A DNA stretch of 64,000 nt from Azolla caroliniana (taxonomy: Eukaryota; Plantae; Polypodiophyta). Positions 1-12,080 of the stretch are shown piece after piece. A program made the position numbers and the translations under genes. Under the pieces are notes generated by a model. The model did no database searches. It was not told the DNA's origin and saw only the letters and a list, made by a program, of their open reading frames with translations. How positions within the stretch are numbered: the first letter of the stretch is position 1; every line of letters starts with the position of its first letter. The stretch spans positions 186,001 to 250,000 of the forward strand of contig JBHGNT010000015.1 in assembly GCA_043228905.1 (NCBI GenBank). Reading direction: 5' to 3'.

Positions 1-651
1 GTTAATACAAAATGTCAAAATGCAAGCACCAGAATCTACCACAAATCTGCCATCACTAACAGGTATAGTCAACTTGATAACAGGACATGTTACCCCAGAC
101 TCTAAACCGCCTCACAACCAAAAAATTGCAAATAATATATTCCCCATGAGAGTCTCTTCTGCGATGAGGATTGGACAACATTCAAGCCTATGATCTGCAA
201 TTGGGAATGACACCCAGCTCAATGTTTTTATTTCCACTAGATCAAAATAGGGCAAGGTGAACTCTTCAATATAGACCACTCATTGTCCAAAAGCTTGTTT
301 GCTGAAAACTATATGTCAGTTAAATTATCCAAGGTATGAAGTATCATGAACAGAAGTAAAGCTTCTGCAATAAGTTTGTAAAATCCAGAAAACATTTCTA
401 TAAGATATACATGTATTTTGATTGTACAGTCATATGCCCCATTGGGAACCTCTTAAATATCGCTATCAAAAAACCTAGCCGGGTTATTTCAAGCACTCCT
501 AAATACAGTAAGTCAGGCTTCTGTCTGGAAAAAACACTTGACCTAAACTGGGCCAAAACCTTGCAACGCATTTTTTAAAATAGTACTGGATGTTTCCCAA
601 TTTTCTACATTCCACATTCTGATAAGAGTTTTCTATACTCTCATAACGATT

Positions 652-3600
652 TTAGTCAGACAACAGTTTCCTTAACCTCTTGGCACCATCAATAGCTGTT
701 CTGTTTGTCGGCTCCAAAACAAGGGCATATCTGAAGTCTGTAGACCAGAGAACCAAACGAAGGTTACATTTACTTTCCACATTAAAAATGCATTTCCTAA
801 CGAAATAGAAGTTCACTGAAACAACGTTATCACCTTCATTGGCTTCCTTATAGCAGCCAAGATACTCTCGTGCAGTAGCCCTTCTCAAGTAAGCTTTAAT
901 ATTCTGCATTTTTATAAAACAAACTTTTTATTTTTTATCCATGCAGAAAGTTACAGTCTGACATACATAGAACTTCAAAAATGCCAACCTTTTTATCAAG
1001 TTCAATGGCCTTACAGCAATCTGCCTCTGCTTGATGGTAACTGGAAGGATAGCACAACATATGAGAACAGAACACAAAACCCATCACAAGCCAACGAACA
1101 TGCCATACAAACAGAATTTAGCAAGTACTTGTATAAAGCTAGGTACGCTGCCGCACGATTGCTGTAATAGGTTGCATTGTCCTCATCACATCGGATTGCT
1201 TCTGAATAACTCTCAATAGCTACCTTAAAATCCTTTTTCTTAAATGCTAGATTTCCCTGTATAATGATAGTTGGCACTTAATAGGCAACAAATATAAGAA
1301 ACACAACATCTGAGACAACAATGAAATAAGCGCAAATAGGCACCACAGACTAGACTTTTGACCTTCTCTTTAGCACTCTCAGCATCATCTGGCCTCGGAG
1401 CTTCTTTAACCACTTCTTCTTTTCTATTTGGATAAGCCTTTACTTCCTTCTGTAGAACTGGGAAAAGGAGAGGTGTGGTATCCAGCAACATTCCATCAGC
1501 TCCATTTTTAGCGAGCAATGAGACAGCACAAGGGCATCCATCATGTTCTCCAATGGGGATGCTCACCTTAGCATACAGAGATATGAAATTTGTACAATTA
1601 AGAATTTTCCAAACACTGGGCCTCACATTAGTTAGAAGGCCAAAAAACAAAATGTTGCAAACTTGCTAGATATCTTAGTGTTGCAAAAAGTAATAGAATA
1701 ACCTTACATAGTACAAAATGTTTCTACTGATTCAAACCTGGGAACACTCTGAGCAATACCCAGCAAGTAAAGTTTATTGTAGTGTTTTTTCCTGCCTTTA
1801 ATCTATTCAATTTACCTGGCAACATCCTGACATGCTTGCAACACATAAGAGAGTGAATGCTTGATCCTTATAATCTGTTTGTACCAATTCTCTTACTGGT
1901 ATCTTTGGAGGTGGACCTGGAACTGTTGGCATAACTAGAACTCCATCATTCTGTGAATCAGAGAGGATGCATGAACGGCAGCACAAAGACAGAGTCACAT
2001 TTACATTATCTCAAGACCTACAGAGACCTTAAACCAAAAATATTGAAGTTGGGTATATTGTATACCATTAAAAGCTCATTCATCGCCAAACGGGCCTCAT
2101 TCCTCAACTTTAAGCATTCCGACACAAGCTCCGACTCTGTTTCTAGTGCTTCTTTGATGTGTTCAGACACCCCTGAATTTGAACTCTCTATAGTTTTTTG
2201 AATCCACTCCTCATGGTTTAGCTTGAATTCATGACTGAACAATTGAAAAGATACAAGAAATTCACTAACTCGAAATAGGACTTACAACGTCCAGGTCTAA
2301 CGATAGAAATGGTTAAGTCTGAAGAATACCCTTGAAGCAGTAGAAATGCATCCTTCAAAGATTTCAAAGCTGAATTACCACGTTCAGCTTTTCCTTTCTC
2401 TCCATCCACTCGAAAGCAAACAAGGGACATCCTAAGACTTGAAATCTTGGATGCAAAATACTCTCCAAGTTTCACTCGTGTTACCGCTTGTTCTGCAACA
2501 ATGCAAACCATAAACCCCTTTCTTAGATCTAAAAAAAAAGAAACAACCTGCATTGTCTAACATTGTGAAATTTGTTCACTCACTTCCAAATGCCTTCTCA
2601 GTGGCAGAAAGAGTTATCCACAGGTCCCTGTTCTGAGACGCATTAAGTAGGTTAAAGCAGTCTTCAGCAATAACAACTCGCTTGGGTAATTTAGCTTCTA
2701 AAGTAGGTTGTTGCAACATCTTGTGGCCAACTTTGCGCAAAAGCTCTGGATCCCTTGATAAACAACCTGAAAATTTTTGAGTAAGTAAAAAATTTGGGGG
2801 CTGGACATTCAAATCTAAAGAATTCTAATATTTCAACAATAGGGGTTAAGAATGCATACCAACAGTGTCAAGACTTTGGGAAACAGGAATCATCCCAATG
2901 GTCGACACTGCTCCATGAGAAGGTCTGAAGCCCAGAATACCACAGTATGCTGCTGGTATCCTCACCCCACCACCAGTATCTATGCCTGCACAAGGAAAGG
3001 GAAACATGTATTGTGTTAAACTCATGACTCGCGGCAAAGGAGTCATTTTGAGGACCCGATAACACATATTCTATGAAGAATCAAATGATTTTTCACAATG
3101 CAAAAAACTCTGGCATTATTTTATCATAACACAGTAGGTGAGACGCTTACCAAGGGCAAAATCAACTAATTTTGAAGCTACAGCAACAGCTGAGCCGCTA
3201 CATGGACCCCCAGGAACACGAGAAGCCATGGCTGGGTTCACAAGGGTTCCATAATGTTTATTTTGCCCATCAATGCTGTCAACAGAATGAAAGAAATGTA
3301 TATAATAACTAGCTCTTTATAAATCAAGCACAACAACATGAAAATAAGTCATAACTAACCTGTAAGCCATCTCATCCATGTGGGTTTTACCGATGCAAGT
3401 GGCTCCTGCTTGGATCAGGTTCATTACTGCAGTTGCTGTGCGTGAAGCAGATTCATGTGTCGCCTGCCAATCAGGGGAACCAAATCCAGTAACAAATCCT
3501 TCCACATCAAATCTGTTGATGAAAAAAGGAGATTTTCATGTTACTGTCCGGAAAAAATACGTTTAATTCTTTTTGAACATCTCAGTAATTTCAAGACCTT

Positions 3601-4373
3601 TGAAACATGAAGACCAATGCATTTGTCATCCAAATTAAAATGTGGAAATTTAGCATTGAAAAGAAGTAGCTTTGGAAGAGCTTAAACATCACAATTATGA
3701 CATACGACCAAGAATAGATGCATTATCGTCCAGATTAAATATCTTCGTCTATCTACATGCTGATTCAACAACATTGAATAATTAAATTAAATGCTGATCC
3801 CAAGAAAGGATGCATTATAAGTAATTACAAAAGAATAAAACACCAAATCTGTAGCACACAAGCAAGAAAGGATGCATCGCCATTCAGATTAAGTGGTGTC
3901 TTCCTAAGAATATAAAAAGATTTTGAGACCTTTACAACAAAGAATAAGATCAAATTTTGGAAGAGAAGAGAAGCGAGACACACGCACGCACACATGAGAA
4001 CTTACATGTCTGCAACCGCGAAGGTGAGAGAGGTAAGAGGTAAGGGGGCGGCAGGGGGGGCGGGTTGGGAAGGAGGGAGAAGCTCCAGGTACTTGATGAA
4101 GGCGTCTAAATCCGTGCTGTTGGGTTTCTTGCGGCGGGAGCGGGTGAAGATGACGGCGGTGCCAGCAATGCCAAGGCCCACAAGGAGGGCAGCTGCGGCT
4201 GCGGCAATGGCAGAGTACCATTTGGAGGCGGGGATCGGAGCATCGCTAGCAAGTACGAGAGTACCATCGGAGCCTTGGGTGGAAGTGGAAGTGGAGGTGC
4301 TATCAGCAGGAGCAGGGGATGTGGCAGCAGGAGTGTGTCTGTTGATGATGCTGGTCTCTCTTCTGAAGGACAT
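652..4373 (-). CDS. TOC64: Toc64/OM64-type outer-membrane receptor (TM anchor, inactive amidase domain, TPR repeats). 13 exons: 4006-4373, 3360-3512, 3151-3275, 2860-2985, 2584-2766, 2330-2492, 2066-2234, 1816-1950, 1363-1566, 1129-1256, 989-1040, 834-903, 652-737; about 653 aa
   Basis: Hand-spliced GT-AG exons total 1962 nt and stay in frame. The protein has a hydrophobic [14 protein letters not shown] anchor, amidase-signature motifs ([46 protein letters not shown]) and C-terminal TPRs ([32 protein letters not shown]). Plastid versus mitochondrial paralogue cannot be decided from sequence. Confidence 0.92.
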
Positions 4374-4402
4374 GATGGAGAGACAGAGAGAAAGAGAAAG
4401 AA

Positions 4403-4667
4403 TGTGTGTGTGTGTGTGTGTGTGTGTCTATGTGTGTGTGTGCAGTCGTTTGAGAGAGACGGGGGTGAATGGAGATGGAGATGGAGATGGAGATGGATGC
4501 TCTGCTGCTGCAAAGACAGAAACCCTCCTCTGCTCTTTCTCTCTCTCTCTCTCTTCTCTTCTCTCTCTCTCTCTCTCTCTCTCTCAAGGGTTTTAGCAGT
4601 CAGTCGCAAGCTGCGCGTATTTCCTCTCTGTATGTATGTATATGTATATATTCTTTCTTCGCTTATG

Positions 4668-4698
<31 letters not shown>
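4403..4698. repeat. Microsatellite cluster in the Toc64 5' UTR/promoter: (TG)n, (GAGATG)n, (CT)n, (TG)n
   Basis: Simple repeats visible at about 4403-4442, 4472-4497, 4539-4585 and 4668-4698. Confidence 0.95.
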
Positions 4699-4702
<4 letters not shown>

Positions 4703-6327
4703 TAGTAATTAGGTTTTGGAATATCTTCCTAGTTCTTTTACGCAGAAAAGGGCCAAACCAAGCAAGCAAAATGCCGCACACCCACGACTTGTCCAATGGG
4801 CCCAACAAATGTAAATTTGTAATGTAGCCGGCCGCCTATCATCGGACCTTCGGGGCCGAGACGCAGCAAACAAGGCACACAATGCATCCCCATGTTTATC
4901 AAATCTAGGCTAACCGGCTTCGAACACCTAGCTTCATGCGTTTGAGCCAATATGTAACTACTACTCTATTGTAGCAATTTATAGCCTTGATTATGTTATG
5001 AACTCATCCAATTCTGAAATGGCCTATTGAAGCCTTCATTCACTTTTAATTGTGTGGTTATATGTTGGTTCATGATTTTGCTTGAGCATATGTGGAAACC
5101 TCCATTTTGCGACATACTTCAATTAGGTTGTGGATCATGTTGTTCTATATGCATCTTTGAAATCGTTGAGGCCATTGAAATTTGACTCATGTACATTCAT
5201 CGTCTCGTGTTGTGACTTTGTGTGTTGCCATCATCGACATTATTTGTAGACTCGTTGTGACTTTTGGTTTTTTATAATTTCTTGTGCAACTCCGCTATAA
5301 CAAGCATGATTTTCTATTGAGATTGGCAAGCGACCTTTGGTTGTTTTCTAGTTGGTAGCTTGGTATTCTGTTATTGACAATGCTTTGACAAGTTGTCGTC
5401 ATGCAAATTGAATGTTGTTGAATGGCCTTTTGGTGCATGGAAATATTTTGTATGAGCATCTTAGTGTCCCATTATTGTTCAATATCATGTGTGGTGAAAG
5501 CGTTGATCATGGGGAAAATATGCAATTGGTTGTCAAAATCTTTTTACCATACATGTTGAGGAGAACATGTTATTGTCGAAACATTTGTTTTGGTTATGGT
5601 GAATTTGTTTATGCTTTCCTTCCCATATTATGATCATGTATGCCACTTAGTTATGCTTTTCATCAATGAGTGGCCCTAGATATCCATCAAGGGTTAACAA
5701 TGTGAGTGGAGTGGAATTAAGGTGCAGCGTTTATGTGAATCTTCATAGCGAGGTTGATTGAATCATCGCTCCAACTTTGTTGGTTTCAAGTTGTAGCATA
5801 TATCGTCTTTCATCTTGCTAGTTCAATTCAAATTCAAACATTCAAAAGGGTTGTGGCCATGAATTCAAGACAATGATAAAGACAACTTTCATCCTCATAC
5901 ACATGGTATGGATTTCAATGTACCTTACCTCGATCTTTGTCAAGCATGCCATACTTCGAGGGTACTATAAATCATGCCACAGTTTTCCTAAAACCATTGC
6001 CAGACACAATATGCCCATTGACACTCCCTAAATATATATCCACCATCAGCTACGAGCTACAAAACAATGCCCTCAATTCCAAACTTGTCCTCACTCCCCC
6101 TCTTTGTCGTCGTAGGTGAGTCTTGTTTCTATTCTTCTTGAAAAAATCTAGTGATGGAGACTCGAGTGGAGCTTGAGCCTTGTTATCACTCACTCTCTCT
6201 CTCTCTCTCTCTCTCTCTTTATTTTTATTTGTATTTCAATGATTGGGTAAACACCCTATTTTATTGTACACCAACTATCTCATGGGCCAAAATTTGGCCT
6301 TAGAAGACGTAAATATATATTTCTTTT

Positions 6328-6921
6328 TGTTGGGTAATGAATCGTCAATCCACAACAAAAGGAATACGTTGAAATACACAACTCGAAAACACAGAAAACA
6401 GTGTACATAGATTTAATGTGGAAACCCTAAAACGGGAGAAAAACCACAGAGAAAGGAGCTTCACTATACAATGGATATACAATGACGAGATCAGAGTACA
6501 ACATTCTTTGCACAAAGTGTAAACAACCTCGTAGGGCTCTTAGCGTATGTTGTTACTAAACACATCTATAGCGTCACTCGCTCTCACTACTTCTCTCATC
6601 CATGCTCTTCCTTGTTTTCTACATAACACAAACTGTTTGCCCTAAGTGTATTTATACTTATACCCTGCATGGACTAATTACAAATGTAGCCACTACTACT
6701 GCCATTCCTATTATTTTCTAATATTAATAATAGTCTTTCTAATCAACCGACTCATTTGTTGACTATTGGGTCGGTCCGACTTGTCGGCCTGGTCATCAAC
6801 TCTCTCTGAGTCGACTCCTCAACCGTTGGATCTCATCCGACCAGTTGGCTACTCCCTGTCTTCGACTGTCGACTCTCTCCGAGCAGTCGGCTCCTCCCAC
6901 TAGAGGGACATATTCCTAACA
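6328..6921 (-). mobile_element. Solo LTR of Copia type, related to the Copia-C LTR
   Basis: Termini TGTTGG...CCTAACA, flanked by CTTTT/CTTTC (4 of 5 TSD match). The reverse complement starts TGTTAGGAATATGTCCCTC, like Copia-C (TGTTAGGAAACAGGTCCCTC), and shares a GTGGTTTTT-CCCGT..GGGTTT-CCAC block. No adjacent PBS or ORF. Confidence 0.75.
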
Positions 6922-6998
6922 CTTTCTATTTACCCTTAAGCCATAAAAGTATATTACAATAAAACACTTGGGTTTCAACCTTTCTTTGAATTAAGTGT

Positions 6999-7379
6999 TG
7001 TAAACGTAAGTGTTTGCGGAAGCGTAAAACAGAGAACAACAGAGAGAGAGAGAAAGAGAGAGCGAGAGAGACAGAGAGAGCAGGACACAATTTCAAAATT
7101 ATATTAAGACTCAGTGTTTACACATTGTGCTAAGTAGCACTATTTATACAAGTCCTCTTGGGACTGACAGAAGTACCATGTACTTCAATGCTCACACGAG
7201 CATCTGACACTTACTACGAGACTATAGATACCTAGTAGTCTATCCTATTCTAGGCTTCCGATTGGACTGCCGGTTACGGATTGCACACCGTCATACCGAT
7301 CCGTTTCGCCCGATCCGTCTCGCTTACCGGCTCCGGCTTATTCAGCCGATCCGGCTCCGGTTGAGATTGCCGCTCAACA
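6999..7379 (-). repeat. Copia-A 3' LTR
   Basis: Direct repeat of 28182-28550, preceded on the minus strand by PPT TTGAGGGGGAG. Confidence 0.95.
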
Positions 7380-7643
7380 CTCCCCCTCAAGCTCAACCTG
7401 AGGTGGGGTCGTAGTGTCGACCTCTGTGGCAGTCGGTTCTTTCAACTGACTCCTCCTGGCGTCACTCCGCCTTGCTCGCGCTCCTCGTCTGGTCCGGTCC
7501 CGTTTGCCGCGACCCCTTTGGTTCTGCGTGCCTCGACCCTCTCGGTCGGCATGTCTGCTAAATAGGCCCATCTCAGCACTCACGTTGCTGTGACTCCGGC
7601 GCTTGCCGATCCGTCGGTTCTCCCACGATGGCATTGACTTCCG

Positions 7644-10600
7644 CTATGTCCGTGTCCCCTTGGCCTTCAGTCGATCCGTCTCATCCGGATCCATCTGTTG
7701 ATCCGAGTCAGCTGTCTCCGACTCGTTCCAGCTCTTGTCCGAATCGGTACACTCCGATTCGACTTCCGGCTTCAGGCCTCTCACCACATTGGACCACTTC
7801 TGAGTCTTGGCCTTCTCCATGCTTCCCTCGGCTTCTTCAGCTGGTGAACCGAAATCGAATTCTTCATTCGACTCCGCATCATGGTCAGTACCGTCGTGAT
7901 GACCTCCGCACAACATGCACTTCTCTTCCTGAGTGCACAACTCTTCTTCACAGCCGCTTGCTCCGACCTGTTCGGATGTATCGACTTCCTTCGTCGACTC
8001 GGCTTCCTTCATCTTCTTGTCTCCTCTTCTTCCGGCTCTCCTCTTACCGACGGGTTCAACAGTCTTTTTGCCTTTGCCGGTTTCGGTAGAAACTTTGCCC
8101 TTGCTTCTCCCCCTCAAGTGCGGCACGTCAAGATGCTGAATACCAAGCATGTCGGTAAAGTGCTGCAACTTGTCCGATCCGAGTGGCTTGGTGAAGATGT
8201 CGACAACTTGCCGATCCATATGAACATACTGTAGGTCAACTTCACCGCTCAGGACCCGCTCACGCACGAAGTGGTAGTGCACCTCGATGTGCTTTGTGCG
8301 AGCATGGAACACAGGGTTCCTGGCGAGCTGCAGGCTGCACATGTTATCGCAGTAAATCGGGATCGGGGTCGGCACCTCGATCCGCAAGTCTCGCAGCAGT
8401 CGCCGAAGCCAGATGGCTTCACAAGTGGCAACGGTAGCGGCCCGGTACTCAACCTCAGTGCTTGACAAAGCCACTGTGGGCTGCTTCTTGCTGCTCCACG
8501 TAACGACCGCGCTACCTATAGAGAACATGTATCCGGAAGTGGAGCGGCGATCAGACGCATCGCCGGCCCAGTCAACATCTGTGTAACCGACAAGCTCTTC
8601 GGGTATACCTCGCCGGTATAGCAGTCCCCGGTCCTTAGTGCCGCTGACATACCGTAATATTCGTTGCACGCACTGAAGGTGCTCCACGGTCGGCTTCTGC
8701 ATGAACTGACTTACCATGCCGACCGGATAGCTGATGTCGGGTCGGGTGATGGTTAAGTAGATCAGGCTTCCGACAACCTGTCAGAACCGTTTCTCATTGC
8801 AGGCCGGTCCGGAGTTGGGACGGAGCTTCTGGTTCCGGTCCAGGGGTGTGGAGACAGGTCGGCAATCCGTCATGCCGAACTTATACAGCATATTCAACAC
8901 GTAATGTCATTGTTAGAGCAATATGCCGTCGGGGGTCCGAATCACTTCGATCCCAAGAAAATAATGAAGGTCCCCCAGGTCCTTCATTTCGAATGAGTTT
9001 GACAACTGGGACTTGACGTGGTTGATTTCGGGAAGACCCGGTCCGGTGATGACTAAATCATCCACATACAAGAGTATACATACCGGACCGTCAGAGCCTT
9101 GCCGGAGGAATAACGAAGAGTCCGACTTAGAGACAACAAATCCCAGCTTACGCAACCGGTGCGTGATCTTCGCGTTCCAAGCTCGGGGGGCTTGCTTCAA
9201 GCCGTAAAGCGACTTCTTCAGTCGGCATACCGCCGACTTGTTCATCTCCGAGTGAAATCCGGGGGGCTAAGTCATAAAGACTTCTTCTTCAAGCTCTCCT
9301 TGAAGGAAGGCGTTCTTCACATCCATCTGGTGAAGATGCCACCCCCTTGCCGCAGCAACCGCCAGTACCACACGAACCATCGTCATCTTCGCCACAGGAG
9401 CGAAGGTCTCCTCGTAGTCGACTCCGTGGGTCTGCGCGTATCCCTTCGCCACTAACCGGGCTTTGTACCGGTTAACAAAACCGTCGGCGTTGTACTTGAC
9501 CTTGTACACCCACTTGCATCCGATCGGTGTACAGTGATGGGGAGGATCAACTAGGTCCCAAGTTTCGTTGGCATCGAGTGCCCGCATTTCTTCGTCCATA
9601 GCGGCAGGCCAATTTGCGTCCTTTGCCGCTTCTACGTAGCTCTCCGGCTCACACACTTCTGTCACCTTAGTCATGTACACATAATGATGCGCCATGTATT
9701 CATTGTACCTGTACCGCATGACGGGATCCTTCTGGCGGGTTGATCGGCGCAACGCACCGTCACCTGATTTGAGTCCCTTCTTGGCCAGTTCGGTCTTCGT
9801 TGCCGAAGATCCGCCTTTTTCTTTTCCTGAGTCGGATACGCACCGATCCGACTCATCGTTGCCGGTTTCGAATTCCGGCATCTTCCTCTTCCCCTTCTCT
9901 TTGCGCGTGAACCGTTTCCTCGGTTCCTTGCGCGGGGAGAGCACGGTAGAGTCTCCACCACTTGCCGTCTCTACATCCGACTGGTCCAACCGACTCAGTC
10001 GCTCGTTCGGTCCACTCAACCGTAATGATTCCGGACTCTCATCTTGAGTCCTGGCTCCATCATCCTCTGCCAGGGCTGATTCAGGCTCACTGGCCTGATC
10101 TTCTGGCATTGGGTCGAGATCGGAAGTCGGAGTCGGTACAGAGTACCAGGATGCCGATTCATCGAACTCGACATCCCGGCTAACTCGGGCTTCCTTCGTC
10201 CGGGGGTTATAGCACTTATACCCCTTTTGCTCTTTAGCATACCCGACTAGGATGCATTTTTCCGATTTTGCATCCAACTTTCTCCGCTTCTGATCCGGCA
10301 CATGCACATACGCTATGCTGCCGAATATCCGAAGGTGTCTCAAGTTCGGCTTGCGCCCGAAATACAGCTCATGAGCTGACACCTTGTCACCAATGCGGTT
10401 TTGTATGTAGACGGCCGTCCGGACCGCCTCCGCCCAGTAGAACCGGGGCATGCTCTTCTCCTCCAACATTGTCCTTGCCGCTTCGACGAGTGTCCGGTTC
10501 TTCCTTTCGGCCACACCGTTTTGCTCCGGTGTGTATTTGCAGTTGAACTCTCGCCGAATTCCCTTCTGCTGCAGATAACTAGTGAATTGGCCGGAAAAAT

Positions 10601-11657
10601 ATTCCTTTCCGCCATCCGACCGAAGGCATTTGATCTTCCTCTCCGATTCCCGTTCCACCATCTTCTGGAGGCTCCGGAAACAGTCGAATACTTCGCTCTT
10701 CCGCTCAATGAGGTAGATCCAAGTATGCCGAGTATAGTCGTCGATGAAGGAGACGAAGTATCGGCTCCCGTCAAGGCTTACACTTTGTGTCGGTCCCCAC
10801 ACATCCGAATGGATGAGATCAAGCTTATTACGGCTCCGGTTCCGTTCGGTGGGGAATGGAAGCCAGTGTTGCTTCCCAAGTTGGCAGGCTTCACAAATTT
10901 CGGCTCTCCGGCCACTGAACTTCGGCAAACCGAAAACGACTTGTTTCGTTTGCAGAGCTTGAAGCCTCCGGTAGTTGACGTGGCCTATCTGCTTGTGCCA
11001 CATGTCGATGTCCAACTCGACCTTCTGTCGTTTCGCGAACAGAGCGGTGCCAAAGTCATTGGTGTCGAGGATAAACATCCTCCCGTCTCTGCGCCCTTGC
11101 GCAATGACTTTGCCCTCATCCTCAATGAAGCACCCGAGGTGCGTAAACCGCACCTGCATCCCCTGGTCGACAATCTGACCGACGGACACCAGGTTCTTCG
11201 TGATCGTCGGAACGTGTAACACGTTCATCAGCTTCCCTTTCTGTCCGACGTGGCTTAGAGGGACTTCTCCGACGTGCACGATTGGGTGAGGAGTGTCGTC
11301 TCCGGTTTCGACTACTCCTGGTTGATCCGGTCTCTCCAAAAAGGAGAACCACTCTTTGTGGCTCGTCATGTGGTTCGACGCGCCGGAATCAACATACCAC
11401 ACTTCCTCCGTTTCGGAAGTGGTCTTCTTCATTGAGTTTGCCTTGTGATTCATCACCAAGGCTGGCCCCTTACCGGCCTTTCCGGTTCCGGATCTTTCTG
11501 AATCGTTTGCGTAGTGCGAGTTTTGCCGGCCATCCTTACCGGTCTTGCCGGATCCGGATTTGTCCGAATCGGCACGCTTTCTCCAGCACTCGCTTTCCCT
11601 GTGGCCCTTTTTGCCACAGTACCAGCATTCCGTAGCGGATTTGTCTTGCCGGCTTCC
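7644..11657 (-). pseudogene. Copia-A polyprotein, 3' part (zinc knuckle, PR, IN, RT, RNase H, C-terminal extension) with in-frame stops
   Basis: Motifs [78 protein letters not shown]. One frame, with stops near 9267, 8913, 8907 and 8781. Confidence 0.92.
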
Positions 11658-12027
11658 TGTTGACCGGTCAGAGAAGGCAAATGGGAAAGCAAGGTCGGAT
11701 CGGATAAATATAGAAATAGGAATAGAATTATTAGGAGGGACGGATCCGGTAGTTGTAACCGATCCGGATCCGAACCGATTCGGTTTCGGTTAACGGTTGC
11801 CTAAGAGCACCGATTGTAATCTGGCCGGATGCCTATAAAAGGATCCGATGTTTTGTAATGAAGTGACGAAGAATTAATATAGTTTTGCTTATGCTTATTG
11901 ATCTTGTCTTCGTCTGTGCTTAAGTGTAATTATCATACGCGTGTATTAACATCCTATCCCTACCACCCCTTTGGAGAAGTGTCGGATAGACACCTGTGTT
12001 GCGGCTAGTCCAGCCATACATACAACA
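11658..12027 (+). repeat. Gypsy-A 5' LTR
   Basis: TGTTGACC...TACAACA; contains a TATA-like CTATAAAA; repeated at 26954-27323. Confidence 0.96.
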
Positions 12028-12033
12028 CTATTT

Positions 12034-12043
12034 TGGCGACCAC
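12034..12043 (+). other. Primer-binding site of Gypsy-A (probably tRNA-Arg)
   Basis: TGGCGACCAC lies 6 nt after the LTR. Homologous sites are at 32881-32890 and 56879-56888 (minus). The tRNA assignment rests on a recalled tRNA-Arg(UCG) 3' end GTGGTCGCCA. Confidence 0.75.
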
Positions 12044-12080
12044 GATTTCCTGCAGAGTGCAGAGGACAACCGGGGGATGG

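Noticed and set aside
3994-4712. Overlapping ORFs of 78-200 aa near the Toc64 start
   Set aside because: They are antisense shadows or translations of microsatellites (VCVC, RERE, SLSL).
4950-6120. Possible decayed DNA transposon; a minus-strand DGYLGPLIDE near 5660-5690 resembles a CACTA transposase motif
   Set aside because: A single short peptide without flanking homology, TIRs or TSD could be chance.
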